Positions 1 to 9,938 are shown, counted from the stretch's first letter. The stretch is 64,000 nucleotides of DNA from Promethearchaeota archaeon (GCA_048938895.1 JBHLLU010000017.1:11869-75868); one strand, 5' to 3'. Notes: a model not told the origin generated them from the letters alone. Made by a program: numbers and translations.

Positions 1-979
1 GGGCAAGTCCTAAACCGCGAATATATTCATACGCTCCTTTTGAAGGGTGTAATTCTGAAATTGGTTGCAGTGGTTTCGCTAAAATTTGTGCTTCCAGATT
101 ATTACCCCTCATAGTCATTTGAAGATTACGGAAATATTCATGGACCTGTTCAATACCATCATTAAAATGGAAATGATCAGCGTTATTTAATACTACCATA
201 CGTTTAGGCTGTGGTGAACGATTATAAAGGTCTATTACACCTTTCAATTCTACGAGGTTGTCTTTTTCTCCAGTTAAATATAAGATGCCAACCTTACGAT
301 CCCAGAATTTACGGATAACATTTAATGGTCTATTTTCATCCTGTTCTTCTCCACTTTCAGAAGAATCACCACCTCCTGGTGCAAGCGGGAGAGCCGCTTT
401 AATTCTCTCATCTCGACTTGTTGCTAAGATGGTTGTCCACCCACCAAAAGAGTGACCTGAAATGCCTATTTTATCCGCATCGACAGAATTTCGAGGAACC
501 CAAGTATTTCCTGATAAAATACTATCAATTAAGAATGAAATATCTTTAGGCCTGTCGATTGCAGATTGCATAGCCATCTTTGACATTTCCTCGGCAGATC
601 TTCTAAGAGTAGGATTAGCGATTTCCATCATAGTGTTACCAACATGATCTGGTGAAGCTACTATATATCCGTGGCTAGCAAGATGACAGCATAGATGGGT
701 TGTTTGACGTCGGTGTCCACTATATCCATGGGAAAACAATATCAGAGGAAAGCATCCACTTTTAAGTTTAGCATCTCTAACTGCTTCCTGTCTTATTTGA
801 GTGAGAAGTATGTACTTGTCTTGAGTTTTTCTGTCTAAATCTTGGCCTTTATAATCATCTGTAGCAGGATACCAAAATTCTATTGGTAATTTTCTCTTTC
901 GAGGTTCATCGTTCAGTTCTTGCGTACGAACACCTACTGGGAATGGGCCTCGAGTGAAAGGATCGTATTTTGTACTCAT
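1..979 (-). CDS. alpha/beta hydrolase (PAF-acetylhydrolase/dienelactone hydrolase-like), 3' end runs off window
   Basis: Manual translation from ATG at 979: MSTKYDPFTRGPFPVGVRT...PLIVFSHGYSGHRRQ...LASHGYIVASPDH...GISGHSFGG (GxSxG nucleophile). Not in ORF track because it is truncated. Confidence 0.85.
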   Translation of the reverse strand, partial: MSTKYDPFTRGPFPVGVRTQELNDEPRKRKLPIEFWYPATDDYKGQDLDRKTQDKYILLTQIRQEAVRDAKLKSGCFPLILFSHGYSGHRRQTTHLCCHLASHGYIVASPDHVGNTMMEIANPTLRRSAEEMSKMAMQSAIDRPKDISFLIDSILSGNTWVPRNSVDADKIGISGHSFGGWTTILATSRDERIKAALPLAPGGGDSSESGEEQDENRPLNVIRKFWDRKVGILYLTGEKDNLVELKGVIDLYNRSPQPKRMVVLNNADHFHFNDGIEQVHEYFRNLQMTMRGNNLEAQILAKPLQPISELHPSKGAYEYIRGLGLA

Positions 980-1128
980 TATACTTCACTTTATAGTAAA
1001 ATTTTAATATGAACCAGAGTTCTAAATCCAAATCTAATTTATATAATTTATACCAAAACTATATATTAATTTAAAGAAGAAAGAATAAACAATAATAAAT
1101 TTTCACAAAACTGAGGTTATATTCTGCT

Positions 1129-2025
1129 ATGTCCTTACAAAAAATGACCACGAAAAAAATAATCGAGAAAAAACATAAGGGAGAAAAAATAGTTACAATC
1201 ACAGCCTATGATTATTCAATAGGGAAAATTGTCGATGAGTGTGGTTTTGATTTAATTTTAGTTGGAGATTCACTTTCTCAGGTAATTTTGGGTCATGAAA
1301 ACACTTTAGCTGTAACTATGGATGAGATGATCCACCACACTAAAGCAGTTTCTAGGGGTGTCTCTAACGCATTATTAGTTGGTGATATGCCATTTCTCTC
1401 ATATAAAATTGATGTTAAAGATGCTGTATATAACGCCGGAAGGTTTATTCAAGAGGGTGGAGCTGAAGCAGTAAAGGTTGAAGGAGGGACGGAAATTTTA
1501 CCTACTGTGAAAGCAATAATTGATGCAGATATTGAAGTTATGGGGCATATTGGCTTAACTCCACAAAAAGTGTATCGGTTTGGGGGGCATTTAGTTCAAG
1601 GAAGAACTATAGATGCTGCTAAGAAATTAATAATAGATGCAATAAACTTACAAAATGCTGGTGTTTTCTCTATTGTCCTGGAAGGAATTCCATGGCAAAT
1701 TGCTAAATTAGTAACCAGCACAGTGGATATTCCAACCATCGGAATAGGAGCGGGACAGTATTGCGATGGTCAAATTATAATTATCTATGATATGCTTGGA
1801 ATTTTTACAGAATTTAAACCAAAGTTTGTTAAGCATTTCGGACAAGTTGGCAAGAATATCAGAGATGCTTTAACCAGTTATAGGGATGAGATAATTAATA
1901 GTCAATATCCCGATTTAGACCATTCGTATACATATCCAACTGAAGATTTAGATGATATAAATGAATGGTTCGAAAGTGCTGATCTCGAAAAAGAAGCAGA
2001 AAAATTAAAAGAAACCTTGTCCTAA
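1129..2025 (+). CDS. panB: 3-methyl-2-oxobutanoate hydroxymethyltransferase
   Basis: ITAYD, LVGDSL, GDMPFLSY, VKVEGG, GHIGLTPQ and TIGIGAG motifs. Confidence 0.97.
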   Translation: MSLQKMTTKKIIEKKHKGEKIVTITAYDYSIGKIVDECGFDLILVGDSLSQVILGHENTLAVTMDEMIHHTKAVSRGVSNALLVGDMPFLSYKIDVKDAVYNAGRFIQEGGAEAVKVEGGTEILPTVKAIIDADIEVMGHIGLTPQKVYRFGGHLVQGRTIDAAKKLIIDAINLQNAGVFSIVLEGIPWQIAKLVTSTVDIPTIGIGAGQYCDGQIIIIYDMLGIFTEFKPKFVKHFGQVGKNIRDALTSYRDEIINSQYPDLDHSYTYPTEDLDDINEWFESADLEKEAEKLKETLS

Positions 2026-2119
2026 ATCCCTAGTTTTGATTGTATTTTTTTTATTATAACAGTTGTAATAGAGATTAAGGATCTCTTGATATACCAAATT
2101 GTAAAAATAGGTAAGGTTA

Positions 2120-2905
2120 TTGATAACATACAAAATTATGGATGAGGATTTATTTTTATGTAGATGTATGCATCTTGGCCCAGTATTTGAAATGGATCTC
2201 AGAAAAACAGTACCAGAAGTGTCAGATGAGATAGTTAAAAAAATATTGAATACAGCAATTAGTAAATTTGGTTCCTGTGCGGTTCTAGCAATTGATAGTG
2301 ATCTCTACAATGCAATTATTGGTGTATTGTTCTTCTATCCTCAAATTTTTCTTGATAAGTTAAATGGGGCTCATCCCTGTATACAAGATCCGAAAGAGCT
2401 TAATAAAATCAAACCCATCTTAGATAAAATGCTTTCTGTACCTAATTTTGAGGAATTACAAGATAAAGATAAAATTCTACGCATAGAATGTATGCAGGTT
2501 GTTGGAAAGCCTGGAAAAAGAATAATTAATTCCTATGAAGATCTATCGAACAAAAGAGAAACTATAAAATATGCTTCCTATACTAATAAGGGAATCGGAG
2601 ATGGTATGATTACTAAACTAATCACATGGGCACGAGACTATGGATGGAAAAAAATACAATCAACTGCAATTCCAGATGTGAAGCCATTAAAATTATGGTG
2701 GGGAAACCAATCTTTAAGCGGTTATCTTAAAAAAGGATTTACTATAATCGAGGGTTCAAAAGAAATTCATAAGGAGGTTCTCGATGGAATCAACAACATG
2801 AAAAAAGGATTACACGGAGTTGAGATTCAGTCAATGTGGAAGGATTACGAGAATAAATCAGAAGGAGAATTAATTACTACTTATCAAGTAGAACTTGTTC
2901 TATAA
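2120..2905 (+). CDS. hypothetical protein, possibly GNAT-fold acetyltransferase
   Basis: 261-aa ORF; YTNKGIG resembles the acetyl-CoA binding motif A; YLKKGF near the C-terminus. Confidence 0.55.
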   Translation: MITYKIMDEDLFLCRCMHLGPVFEMDLRKTVPEVSDEIVKKILNTAISKFGSCAVLAIDSDLYNAIIGVLFFYPQIFLDKLNGAHPCIQDPKELNKIKPILDKMLSVPNFEELQDKDKILRIECMQVVGKPGKRIINSYEDLSNKRETIKYASYTNKGIGDGMITKLITWARDYGWKKIQSTAIPDVKPLKLWWGNQSLSGYLKKGFTIIEGSKEIHKEVLDGINNMKKGLHGVEIQSMWKDYENKSEGELITTYQVELVL

Positions 2906-2921
2906 TAATATAAAAAAATAA

Positions 2922-3833
2922 TTAGATCTCTCCTTTATAATTCTGTTCAATAAGTCTTCTTATGAATGCAATTTTAGGTGGATTATGTTCTTTCATCTTC
3001 TCAAGTAATTTCTTAGCTTCAACATTCTGAGATTCAATTTCTAATAAGTAATTACAGAAGTCTACAACCGAACTGTACCACCCTAAATCCTCTGATAACT
3101 TTGCTAATGAGAGCAAAACGTTTGTGTCTTTCGGGTTTTCTAAAACTACGATATTGAGATCCTTATTAAATTCTAAATAACCCTTAATAAAATTTCTAAC
3201 CTTTTCTGCAGGATAGCTTACTTCCTCATGTCCTTCTAGCATATAATCAATATCTAGCTTTAAAATTTTCTCCATAGATTTGATATATTGATTTAAATTG
3301 CTATCCAAAATATTGATCGCTATTCCTGGAATATCTCCAGCAAATAAAATATTTTTTCCACCAATATTCAAGAGATATGCTAATGATCCTGTAGTATGTC
3401 CCGGGATGTGAATACACCTAAATTTAAGTTGCCCAAATTTTAAAATTTCATTATCCTCTTTAATTCTCCTAGTTATTTTAACAGGTTCATATTGAAAACG
3501 CTCATAAAATGGATTTGGGAACGGGGCTGTTTGCTTTTGTTCGATCTTCTCAGCATCAAGCTCATGAGCATAAAATTTAATGTTTGGATTAAATTCTTTT
3601 AACCTATAACAAATTCCATAATGATCCAGGTGTCCATGAGTTATAAGACAATGCTTGATATTGCTCAATTTAAACCCTTCTTTTTCAATTTCTTGAATTG
3701 GTTCGAAATTAATGCCAGCATCAATTAAAACTAATCCATCATCACTCTTTGTATCTACGAGATAAACACAACAATCTATAACCTCTGGATCAAAAGGTTT
3801 CACCACATAAACATTATCAACGACGTTTTTCAT
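2922..3833 (-). CDS. MBL-fold metallo-hydrolase with C-terminal TPR-like tail
   Basis: LIDAG, THGHLDH, PGHT, AGD and GHE metal-binding motifs. Confidence 0.9.
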   Translation of the reverse strand: MKNVVDNVYVVKPFDPEVIDCCVYLVDTKSDDGLVLIDAGINFEPIQEIEKEGFKLSNIKHCLITHGHLDHYGICYRLKEFNPNIKFYAHELDAEKIEQKQTAPFPNPFYERFQYEPVKITRRIKEDNEILKFGQLKFRCIHIPGHTTGSLAYLLNIGGKNILFAGDIPGIAINILDSNLNQYIKSMEKILKLDIDYMLEGHEEVSYPAEKVRNFIKGYLEFNKDLNIVVLENPKDTNVLLSLAKLSEDLGWYSSVVDFCNYLLEIESQNVEAKKLLEKMKEHNPPKIAFIRRLIEQNYKGEI

Positions 3834-3995
3834 AAGTCATCAACTAATTTTTTATCTAAAATAATTAGAATAGTAATTATAAAATTCGATATATTTGTTT
3901 TGATTTGTTATTTGAAATTTCAAAATATTCTTGAATTGTTTATATTTTGAAATAATATCTTTATTCGCTCTTATATTTAATTCATTTTAGTGAAA

Positions 3996-4124
3996 AATAG
4001 CCAATATCCAGATTTAGATCATTCTTATACATACTCAACAGAGGATTTAAGTGAAATCTGTCAATGATTTGAAAGTGTTGATATTAAAAGGCAGACATTA
4101 AGGTTAAATAAAGATTTAACCTAA
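3996..4124 (+). pseudogene. orphan duplicate of the panB 3' end (43 codons, internal TGA)
   Basis: Translates NSQYPDLDHSYTYSTEDLSEICQ*FESVDIKRQTLRLNKDLT*, collinear with panB 1897-2025 NSQYPDLDHSYTYPTEDLDDINEWFESADLEKEAEKLKETLS*. Confidence 0.9.
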
Positions 4125-4178
4125 TCTTTTATATTTATTCCTTGACTATCTCCATTATATTACTCTGGTTTAAGCTTA

Positions 4179-5306
4179 ATGATTGAAAAAAGAAAAAATG
4201 TAAGCTTAACAGTGAAAATGGGACCTTCTTTAGGTAGTCCCTTGAAGAACTGGCTTAATCTGATTTTTTCAAATGGATTTTTTGTCAAATTAAAATATTA
4301 TCCTAGACTCTATCTTATCCTTATAATGAGTATTATAGGTATTCCTTTTAGAATTTTCGAGCATCGTAAATTTCGGAAGAAAATTGAATTATCAAATATT
4401 ATAAATCCTCCAATTTTCATTCTTGGACACTGGAGGAGCGGAACCACTTACTTGCATAACCTTTTAACTCAAGATCCTCAGTTTGGTTATATTTCAATGC
4501 TTGAGGCAAGCTTTCCAAAATCATTCTTAATTACAAATTTCTTTAAATTCTTCATGAAATCCTTCTTACCTAAGAACAGACCAATGGATAACATGGAAAT
4601 GGGACTAGATTTTCCTCAAGAGGAAGAAATGGCAATTGGTAATCTCATACCGTTTTCATTCTATAATGCTCTTTATTTTCCAGAAAAATTAATGGAGAAT
4701 TATTACAAGTATATCTGTCTTGACCATGTATCTAAGAAGGTTTTAGAAAAATGGCAAAAAGCATATCTATACTTGTTAAAAAAAACAACTCTTACCGTTA
4801 AAGGTAAACAATTAATTCTTAAAAATCCAGCAAATACTGCCCGTATAGGTTTATTGTTAAAATTGTTTCCCGATGCAAAATTTATTCATATTTATCGGAA
4901 CCCTTATGTGGTTTTTGTATCAATGAAGAACTTCTATGAATCAACAATCAGACAATTTATGCTTCAAGAAGTATCAGTGAGTGAAATTGAGAAATTTATT
5001 CTCATAATTTATAAAGATATGATGGAAAAATATTTTAGAGAAAAGGAATTAATACCAAAAGAAAATCTAATTGAAATAAAGTTTGAGGATTTAGAAAAAG
5101 ATCCAATTAGTATTTTAGAGAGCATATATAAGCATTTAAGGTTAAAAGGATTTAGCAGAGTAAGAAATCAATTCGAAAAATATTTACTATTAATAAAGAA
5201 TTACCAAAAAAATATATACAACTTCACAAAAGAAAAAATAAGCCTTGTACAAGAATACTGGAAATTCACGATAGATAACTGGAAATACAAGTTTCCATTT
5301 GGTTGA
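4179..5306 (+). CDS. sulfotransferase family protein
   Basis: PIFILGHWRSGTT PAPS-binding loop, LKNP, FIHIYRNP. Confidence 0.9.
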   Translation: MIEKRKNVSLTVKMGPSLGSPLKNWLNLIFSNGFFVKLKYYPRLYLILIMSIIGIPFRIFEHRKFRKKIELSNIINPPIFILGHWRSGTTYLHNLLTQDPQFGYISMLEASFPKSFLITNFFKFFMKSFLPKNRPMDNMEMGLDFPQEEEMAIGNLIPFSFYNALYFPEKLMENYYKYICLDHVSKKVLEKWQKAYLYLLKKTTLTVKGKQLILKNPANTARIGLLLKLFPDAKFIHIYRNPYVVFVSMKNFYESTIRQFMLQEVSVSEIEKFILIIYKDMMEKYFREKELIPKENLIEIKFEDLEKDPISILESIYKHLRLKGFSRVRNQFEKYLLLIKNYQKNIYNFTKEKISLVQEYWKFTIDNWKYKFPFG

Positions 5307-5487
5307 GATTCTTCAATAAAATCCACCTACATAAATATGGATTACTTATATTTTGAAGTAAGACCTTAATTCACCCTTATATTTATATAATCTTTTTTAA
5401 TAATTTTAAACAATTCTTCAGACAGAAGTTTAAATTTGCCAATTTTTGTAATAGTATTACATTTTATAAATTTAAGGTGAAATATGT

Positions 5488-5595
5488 ATGGAAAAAGTTG
5501 AATGTTCGAAATGTGGTATGACTTTTGAAGCAAAGACAGAGAAAAAAGCTAAGAAAATTATGCAAAAGCATGCCAAAAAATATCATTCTAAATAA
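5488..5595 (+). CDS. 35-aa C2H2-type zinc-finger microprotein
   Basis: MEKVECSKCGMTFEAKTEKKAKKIMQKHAKKYHSK*; AGGTGA SD upstream and a T-tract downstream; below the ORF track cut-off. Confidence 0.75.
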   Translation: MEKVECSKCGMTFEAKTEKKAKKIMQKHAKKYHSK

Positions 5596-5598
5596 AAT

Positions 5599-5616
5599 CC
5601 TTTTTTCTTTTTTTTG
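5599..5616 (+). terminator. oligo-T archaeal terminator candidate
   Basis: Long T-tract immediately after the zinc-finger ORF stop. Confidence 0.4.
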
Positions 5617-5737
5617 AATAAGCTTACCAGAAATAGCAGGGAAATAAATTAATAATTAGTTTTATTATTAGAGAAATCATTCTATTTTCATAAAAATCAT
5701 TATTTCTTAAAAATTATAATACAATGGTGAGATTAAG

Positions 5738-5941
5738 ATGCCAGTAGTTCATGTAAATATGTGGAAAGGAGTCAGCGAAGATATAGTTAAAAAGTTAATT
5801 TCAGGAATAACTAATGTTTTTGTCGATCTAGGTATTCCTGCCAGAGCAGTGGAAGTTCTTGTTCATGAAGTTCCTAAGGCTCACTGGGGAATAGGGGGCA
5901 AACCGGCTACAGAGGCGCTCCCAGATGAAAATCCTCCTTAA
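5738..5941 (+). CDS. 4-oxalocrotonate tautomerase family protein
   Basis: N-terminal Pro (MPVVHV), EVPKAHWGIGG; GGTGA SD. Confidence 0.9.
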   Translation: MPVVHVNMWKGVSEDIVKKLISGITNVFVDLGIPARAVEVLVHEVPKAHWGIGGKPATEALPDENPP

Positions 5942-6089
5942 TGAGAACGGATAATTAATCGAATGAAATAAAAATCTTTAACTTAAAAATTTTTTTTGGA
6001 TTTATTTAAATCCATTAATTAAAATTAGAGGATGGGTGCAGATTTCAAAATAATTATAATCGATGGAAAAGCGATCTTTGGTTTTTAAC

Positions 6090-7244
6090 CTAAACTAATT
6101 CATGAATAACCTCAACAATACGTTTAGTTCGAGGATCACCTGTTAATGAGAGAACAATCTGATTCATAGCATAAGCATAACATAATTTAGCATCTGGATC
6201 CATAACACACATAGACCCTCCTAAACCACCCCAATAGAATGTTCTTGGATTACTCCCTCTTGGAATTAATAATTTTGGACTGTTTAATCCAAATCCTAAT
6301 CCAAATCGAATTGGGTTCATAAGAACCAGATCTACACCACTAATTTGTTCTTCAATAGCCTTTTCTATCATTTGATTAGATAAGAATTGAATTCCCTCAA
6401 ATTTGCCCCCATTAGCTAAAATAGATCCAACTTTCGCAATTGATCTCGCATTCCCATGTCCATTTGAAGCCGGTATTTCAGCAGCTCTCCACTCCCTTGT
6501 TCTTGTATCTTCATAAGTTAAAATAGGATTAAAAAGTGCTTTCATAAATAAGGTATTTGATTGTAGTTCCTCAAATCCTTGTTGTTGATCTGAAGTTGGG
6601 GGAACTAAATCAGCAACCCGAGAATCGATATCTTCTGTAAAACCAATGTGAAAGTCTGCATCTACTTTTGAGGTTACTTCATCTCGGAAAAATGTTCCTA
6701 AGGTTTTTCCAGAAACTCGCCTAACAATTTCCCCCAATAATTGCCCAAACGTGACTGCATGATATCCGCTTTTAGTTCCTGGTTCCCACATCGGTTTTTG
6801 TTCCGCTAATAACTCTACACTTCGATCCCAATCATATAAATCCTCTTTCTTCATGGGTTTATCATATCCTGATAATCCTGCTGAATGACTTAAAAGATAT
6901 TTAACAGGAATTTTTTCCTTTCCCGATTGTGCGAATTCTGGCCAATATTTAGCAACTGGAGCTTCTAAATTTATTAAGCCTCTGTCTGCAAGCATTAAAG
7001 TACAAAGAGCTGTCATAATTTTTGTTGTTGAATAGACATTTACGATTGTATTTTCTTTCCAAAGGCGGGTTCTTTCTGCATCTGCATAGCCTGCCCATAT
7101 ATCAATAACAAAGTTCCCATTAATCGTAGCTGCGAATGAAGCACCTACCTCCAACCCTTCTTCAAAATTTTTTATGAATGCTTCTTTCACAGGTTCAAAT
7201 CTCTTATCACAAAACCCATGTACTTCTACTTCTTTTTTTGCCAT
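6090..7244 (-). CDS. serine hydrolase, beta-lactamase/esterase family VIII
   Basis: SxxK (YSTTK), LLSHSAGL, YH and WGGLGG motifs. Confidence 0.92.
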   Translation of the reverse strand: MAKKEVEVHGFCDKRFEPVKEAFIKNFEEGLEVGASFAATINGNFVIDIWAGYADAERTRLWKENTIVNVYSTTKIMTALCTLMLADRGLINLEAPVAKYWPEFAQSGKEKIPVKYLLSHSAGLSGYDKPMKKEDLYDWDRSVELLAEQKPMWEPGTKSGYHAVTFGQLLGEIVRRVSGKTLGTFFRDEVTSKVDADFHIGFTEDIDSRVADLVPPTSDQQQGFEELQSNTLFMKALFNPILTYEDTRTREWRAAEIPASNGHGNARSIAKVGSILANGGKFEGIQFLSNQMIEKAIEEQISGVDLVLMNPIRFGLGFGLNSPKLLIPRGSNPRTFYWGGLGGSMCVMDPDAKLCYAYAMNQIVLSLTGDPRTKRIVEVIHELV

Positions 7245-7472
7245 ATATATCCCATAATCAAATCTTTTTTGAAGATCTTAAATTTAGAATAAATTTAACC
7301 TTTCTGATCGCATGACTAAAATTAGTTGGTAATACCTCATCATATGAAAATTGCTTTTGATGTCAGTTATAAAAAAAATAAAACCCTTATTCATAATAAA
7401 ACAATTAAATCTTATATTGTAACATACCTATTATCATAATTATAAATGAAATTCTAATTAAGGTAAAAATTA

Positions 7473-8522
7473 ATGGCTTTATCTCTATTAGGATGGTTTA
7501 ATGGTATAACATCTTTTATAATCTTAGTTTTTTTTGTTCTTTTTGGACTCTATTGTTTATATCAATCTTATAGAACTAAAGCAAAGTTACTCAAATTTTT
7601 TGGACTAGCAATTTTACTTGAAGGATTTGCATTCATTTTTCTAAATGTCGAATTTTTCTCTATTCTATTCTCCATTCTTCCTTTAAATTTCCCGGATAAT
7701 TTGTATTTGCATGTTTTATTAGCTTGGAGTTGGCATGCTCCTGCAGCTTTTTTTATTTTATATATTGGTGTGTGGTTCCTCTTACCGAATTATAAAAAGT
7801 ACCTCATATCTTCTATTTTAATATTTGGTTCTATTTTTTTATTATTTCTACTATTTGATCCTGAAGGTTCACTTACTTTGGAACCCCCTGAGGTGCTAGG
7901 AACAAATTTATATAATGGTTATTTAACTGTAGGTTCAATACCATTCATTGTGGAATCTGCATTTTTTGTTTTGGGTTTTAGTTTGAATGGGTTTGGATTG
8001 TTATATAAAGCATCGAAATCAGAGGGGATAATTAGACGAAAATTTATCCTTATTTCGATTGGGTTTATGACTAATTTTAGTTTTGTTTTATGGGATAGCC
8101 TTACTACCCCTGGATTATCAATTGCTTTTATTCGAGTTGGAATCCTAACTAGCGCTATAATTATTTATTTTGGATTAAGAGAAGAACCCGAAAATAAGCT
8201 AAAACTTGAAAAAGAAATAAAAGTTGAAGGAGATCTTTTTAGAATATCCAATATTCGATCTGGTGAAATAACTGAAGAAGAAGTATCGATTTCAAAAGAA
8301 AAAAAAATCTGTCTTGTGTGTAAGGGAAAATTGGCGAGAGAATTGTACATGTGTCCTGAGTGTAGTACATTCTATTGCCTCAAATGTATTAGTAAATTGA
8401 CAGATTTAGAAAATGCATGTTGGGTATGTGAAACTCCATTTGATGAAACAAAACCCATAAAATTACATGATAATGAGAAAGAAAAGAAAGAAGTCAAAAA
8501 TTCAAAAATAAAAAAAGAATAA
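7473..8522 (+). CDS. multi-pass (about 7 TM) membrane protein with C-terminal 8-Cys RING-like zinc finger
   Basis: About 7 hydrophobic segments followed by CLVC-x10-CPEC-x4-CLKC-x10-CWVC. Confidence 0.8.
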   Translation: MALSLLGWFNGITSFIILVFFVLFGLYCLYQSYRTKAKLLKFFGLAILLEGFAFIFLNVEFFSILFSILPLNFPDNLYLHVLLAWSWHAPAAFFILYIGVWFLLPNYKKYLISSILIFGSIFLLFLLFDPEGSLTLEPPEVLGTNLYNGYLTVGSIPFIVESAFFVLGFSLNGFGLLYKASKSEGIIRRKFILISIGFMTNFSFVLWDSLTTPGLSIAFIRVGILTSAIIIYFGLREEPENKLKLEKEIKVEGDLFRISNIRSGEITEEEVSISKEKKICLVCKGKLARELYMCPECSTFYCLKCISKLTDLENACWVCETPFDETKPIKLHDNEKEKKEVKNSKIKKE

Positions 8523-8615
8523 ATAGCATGATGCAGTTAAAAATTAGGTTTAGCTTTTAGATGAATACCTTGATAATCTGCTAAAAAAATTTTAAAAAAA
8601 ATAAAAAAAAGGAAT

Positions 8616-9839
8616 TTAGCGTTTTAAATTAGCATTAACCCAATCAGTATAACCTTTTGCGTCTAATTCTTTTGGTACAGCTTCAAAGAATTGAGCTGTT
8701 ATTTCTTTTACATGTTTTGCGGCAATTGGATGGAACATCATAGCAAGATCTAGTCCTACAAGACTCAGAGCAAGAGCATTGATGATTTCCCATATAGGAC
8801 CTCTATACTGGCGCAACCCCCATTCAGGGGCAACCTTCTCACTCATCCATGCTTCTCTTGCACCCCATGCATTTGTAGTACCTCCACTAATAGGGTAAGC
8901 AAGATCTGTTTCTCCTAGAAGCCCAGCAATACGCATCCTTTGATATATACTGAAGGAATACTCCATCCCATAGCCAAGAGTAGCGCATGTAGGGTCCATT
9001 ACTATCCTATTTGGAGCAAGTCCTAATTCAAGAGCATCTTTATTCATCTTAATTTGATTGTTCAGATCCAAACTTGTCCACAGCAAGCAATTATGGTCAT
9101 GTTTGACTGCCAATGGGATTTAAAGGTCAATTGATGAATTCAATTGACTTACTTCTTCCCACGTAGCTTTATCTGCCGCGGAAAGCATAAGGACTTCGCT
9201 TTCTGAGATAGCAGCCAATTCTGTGAACATTTCAACATCCTTCTTTTTGTTTCCTGAACACCCAATTATGACAGGAACGTCAACGGCTTGTAGAATCTCT
9301 TCTAGAAATTTTCTTGATTGTGAGACAGGTGCATCACCCATAGCGGGATCAATTTCAAGTGAATGAAAGGTAATACATTCGGCTCCAAACTTCTTTACTG
9401 CAAACTTTGCCCATTCAGCGGGATCCGCGAGAACTTTACCATATTCCTCCTTGATCGGCTTAGGAAGCATCATTTTCGAACCCATATCAAATACGTCATA
9501 GGTAACTAATGGAGGATTCGGATTTCGTTTTTCAAGTCCGAGGAAGTTATAAAAAGGAGGTACGACTTCTCCTCCTATCACAGCTTTTTTCCCATTAGAA
9601 CGGACAAATTCTATGGTCTGGATTTTACCAGGATAGTCAATATCAAGAGCAAATTTAGCAGGAGTCCATTCTGCTTTTCCAGGAACTCCCGGGAGCACCG
9701 CTTGAGCCGCGGTTTGCACAATACTTGGTAACATTTGAAGTTCGAGATATTCGGCAAATAGATCTACGTCTTTCAACTCAATTTCTTCAGTATCCTTCAT
9801 AAACTCTGCGAGTTTCTTACTTAATTCGTCAAATGAAAT
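8616..9839 (-). CDS. cdhD: acetyl-CoA decarbonylase/synthase delta subunit (corrinoid Fe-S protein small subunit), interrupted by a putative 30-nt intron; exons 9839-9150 (or 9800-9150) and 9119-8616
   Basis: IGGEVVPPFY, DPAEWAK, AVDVPVIIGCSGN, IVMDPT..LGYGMEY, NAWGAREAW, RGPIWE, MFHP. The two track ORFs are in the same frame. Probable ATT start at 9839. Confidence 0.92.
9120..9149 (-). other. putative bulge-helix-bulge (BHB/BHL) intron in cdhD mRNA
   Basis: AGTCAATTGAATTCATCAATTGACCTTTAA: 9-bp inner stem, 4-bp GAAG/CTTT helix flanked by TAA and AAA 3-nt bulges, outer TGGGA/TCCCA stem. Excision restores WEEV-IPLAVKH. Confidence 0.8.
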
Positions 9840-9938
9840 TTATATCACTTTTGTTGATTAATTGCTATTTTGATAGATAGACAATTGTAGAATGGAATTT
9901 AAGTTTATTTAAAAAGGATTTACGACGGAATTAGTCAT

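Noticed and set aside
258-647. Track ORFs 258-455 and 462-647, and the many other short ORFs overlapping longer genes
   Set aside because: They are antisense or alternative-frame shadows of well-supported genes (here the minus-strand hydrolase; 62875-63108 lies opposite GH2).
4065-4067. In-frame TGA as selenocysteine
   Set aside because: It aligns to Trp (TGG) of panB in a start-less relic.
9120-9122. Recoded stop (Sec/Pyl) or frameshift explaining the cdhD split
   Set aside because: The stop is TAA, not TGA or TAG; both halves are in frame; read-through would add 10 residues not expected in CdhD.
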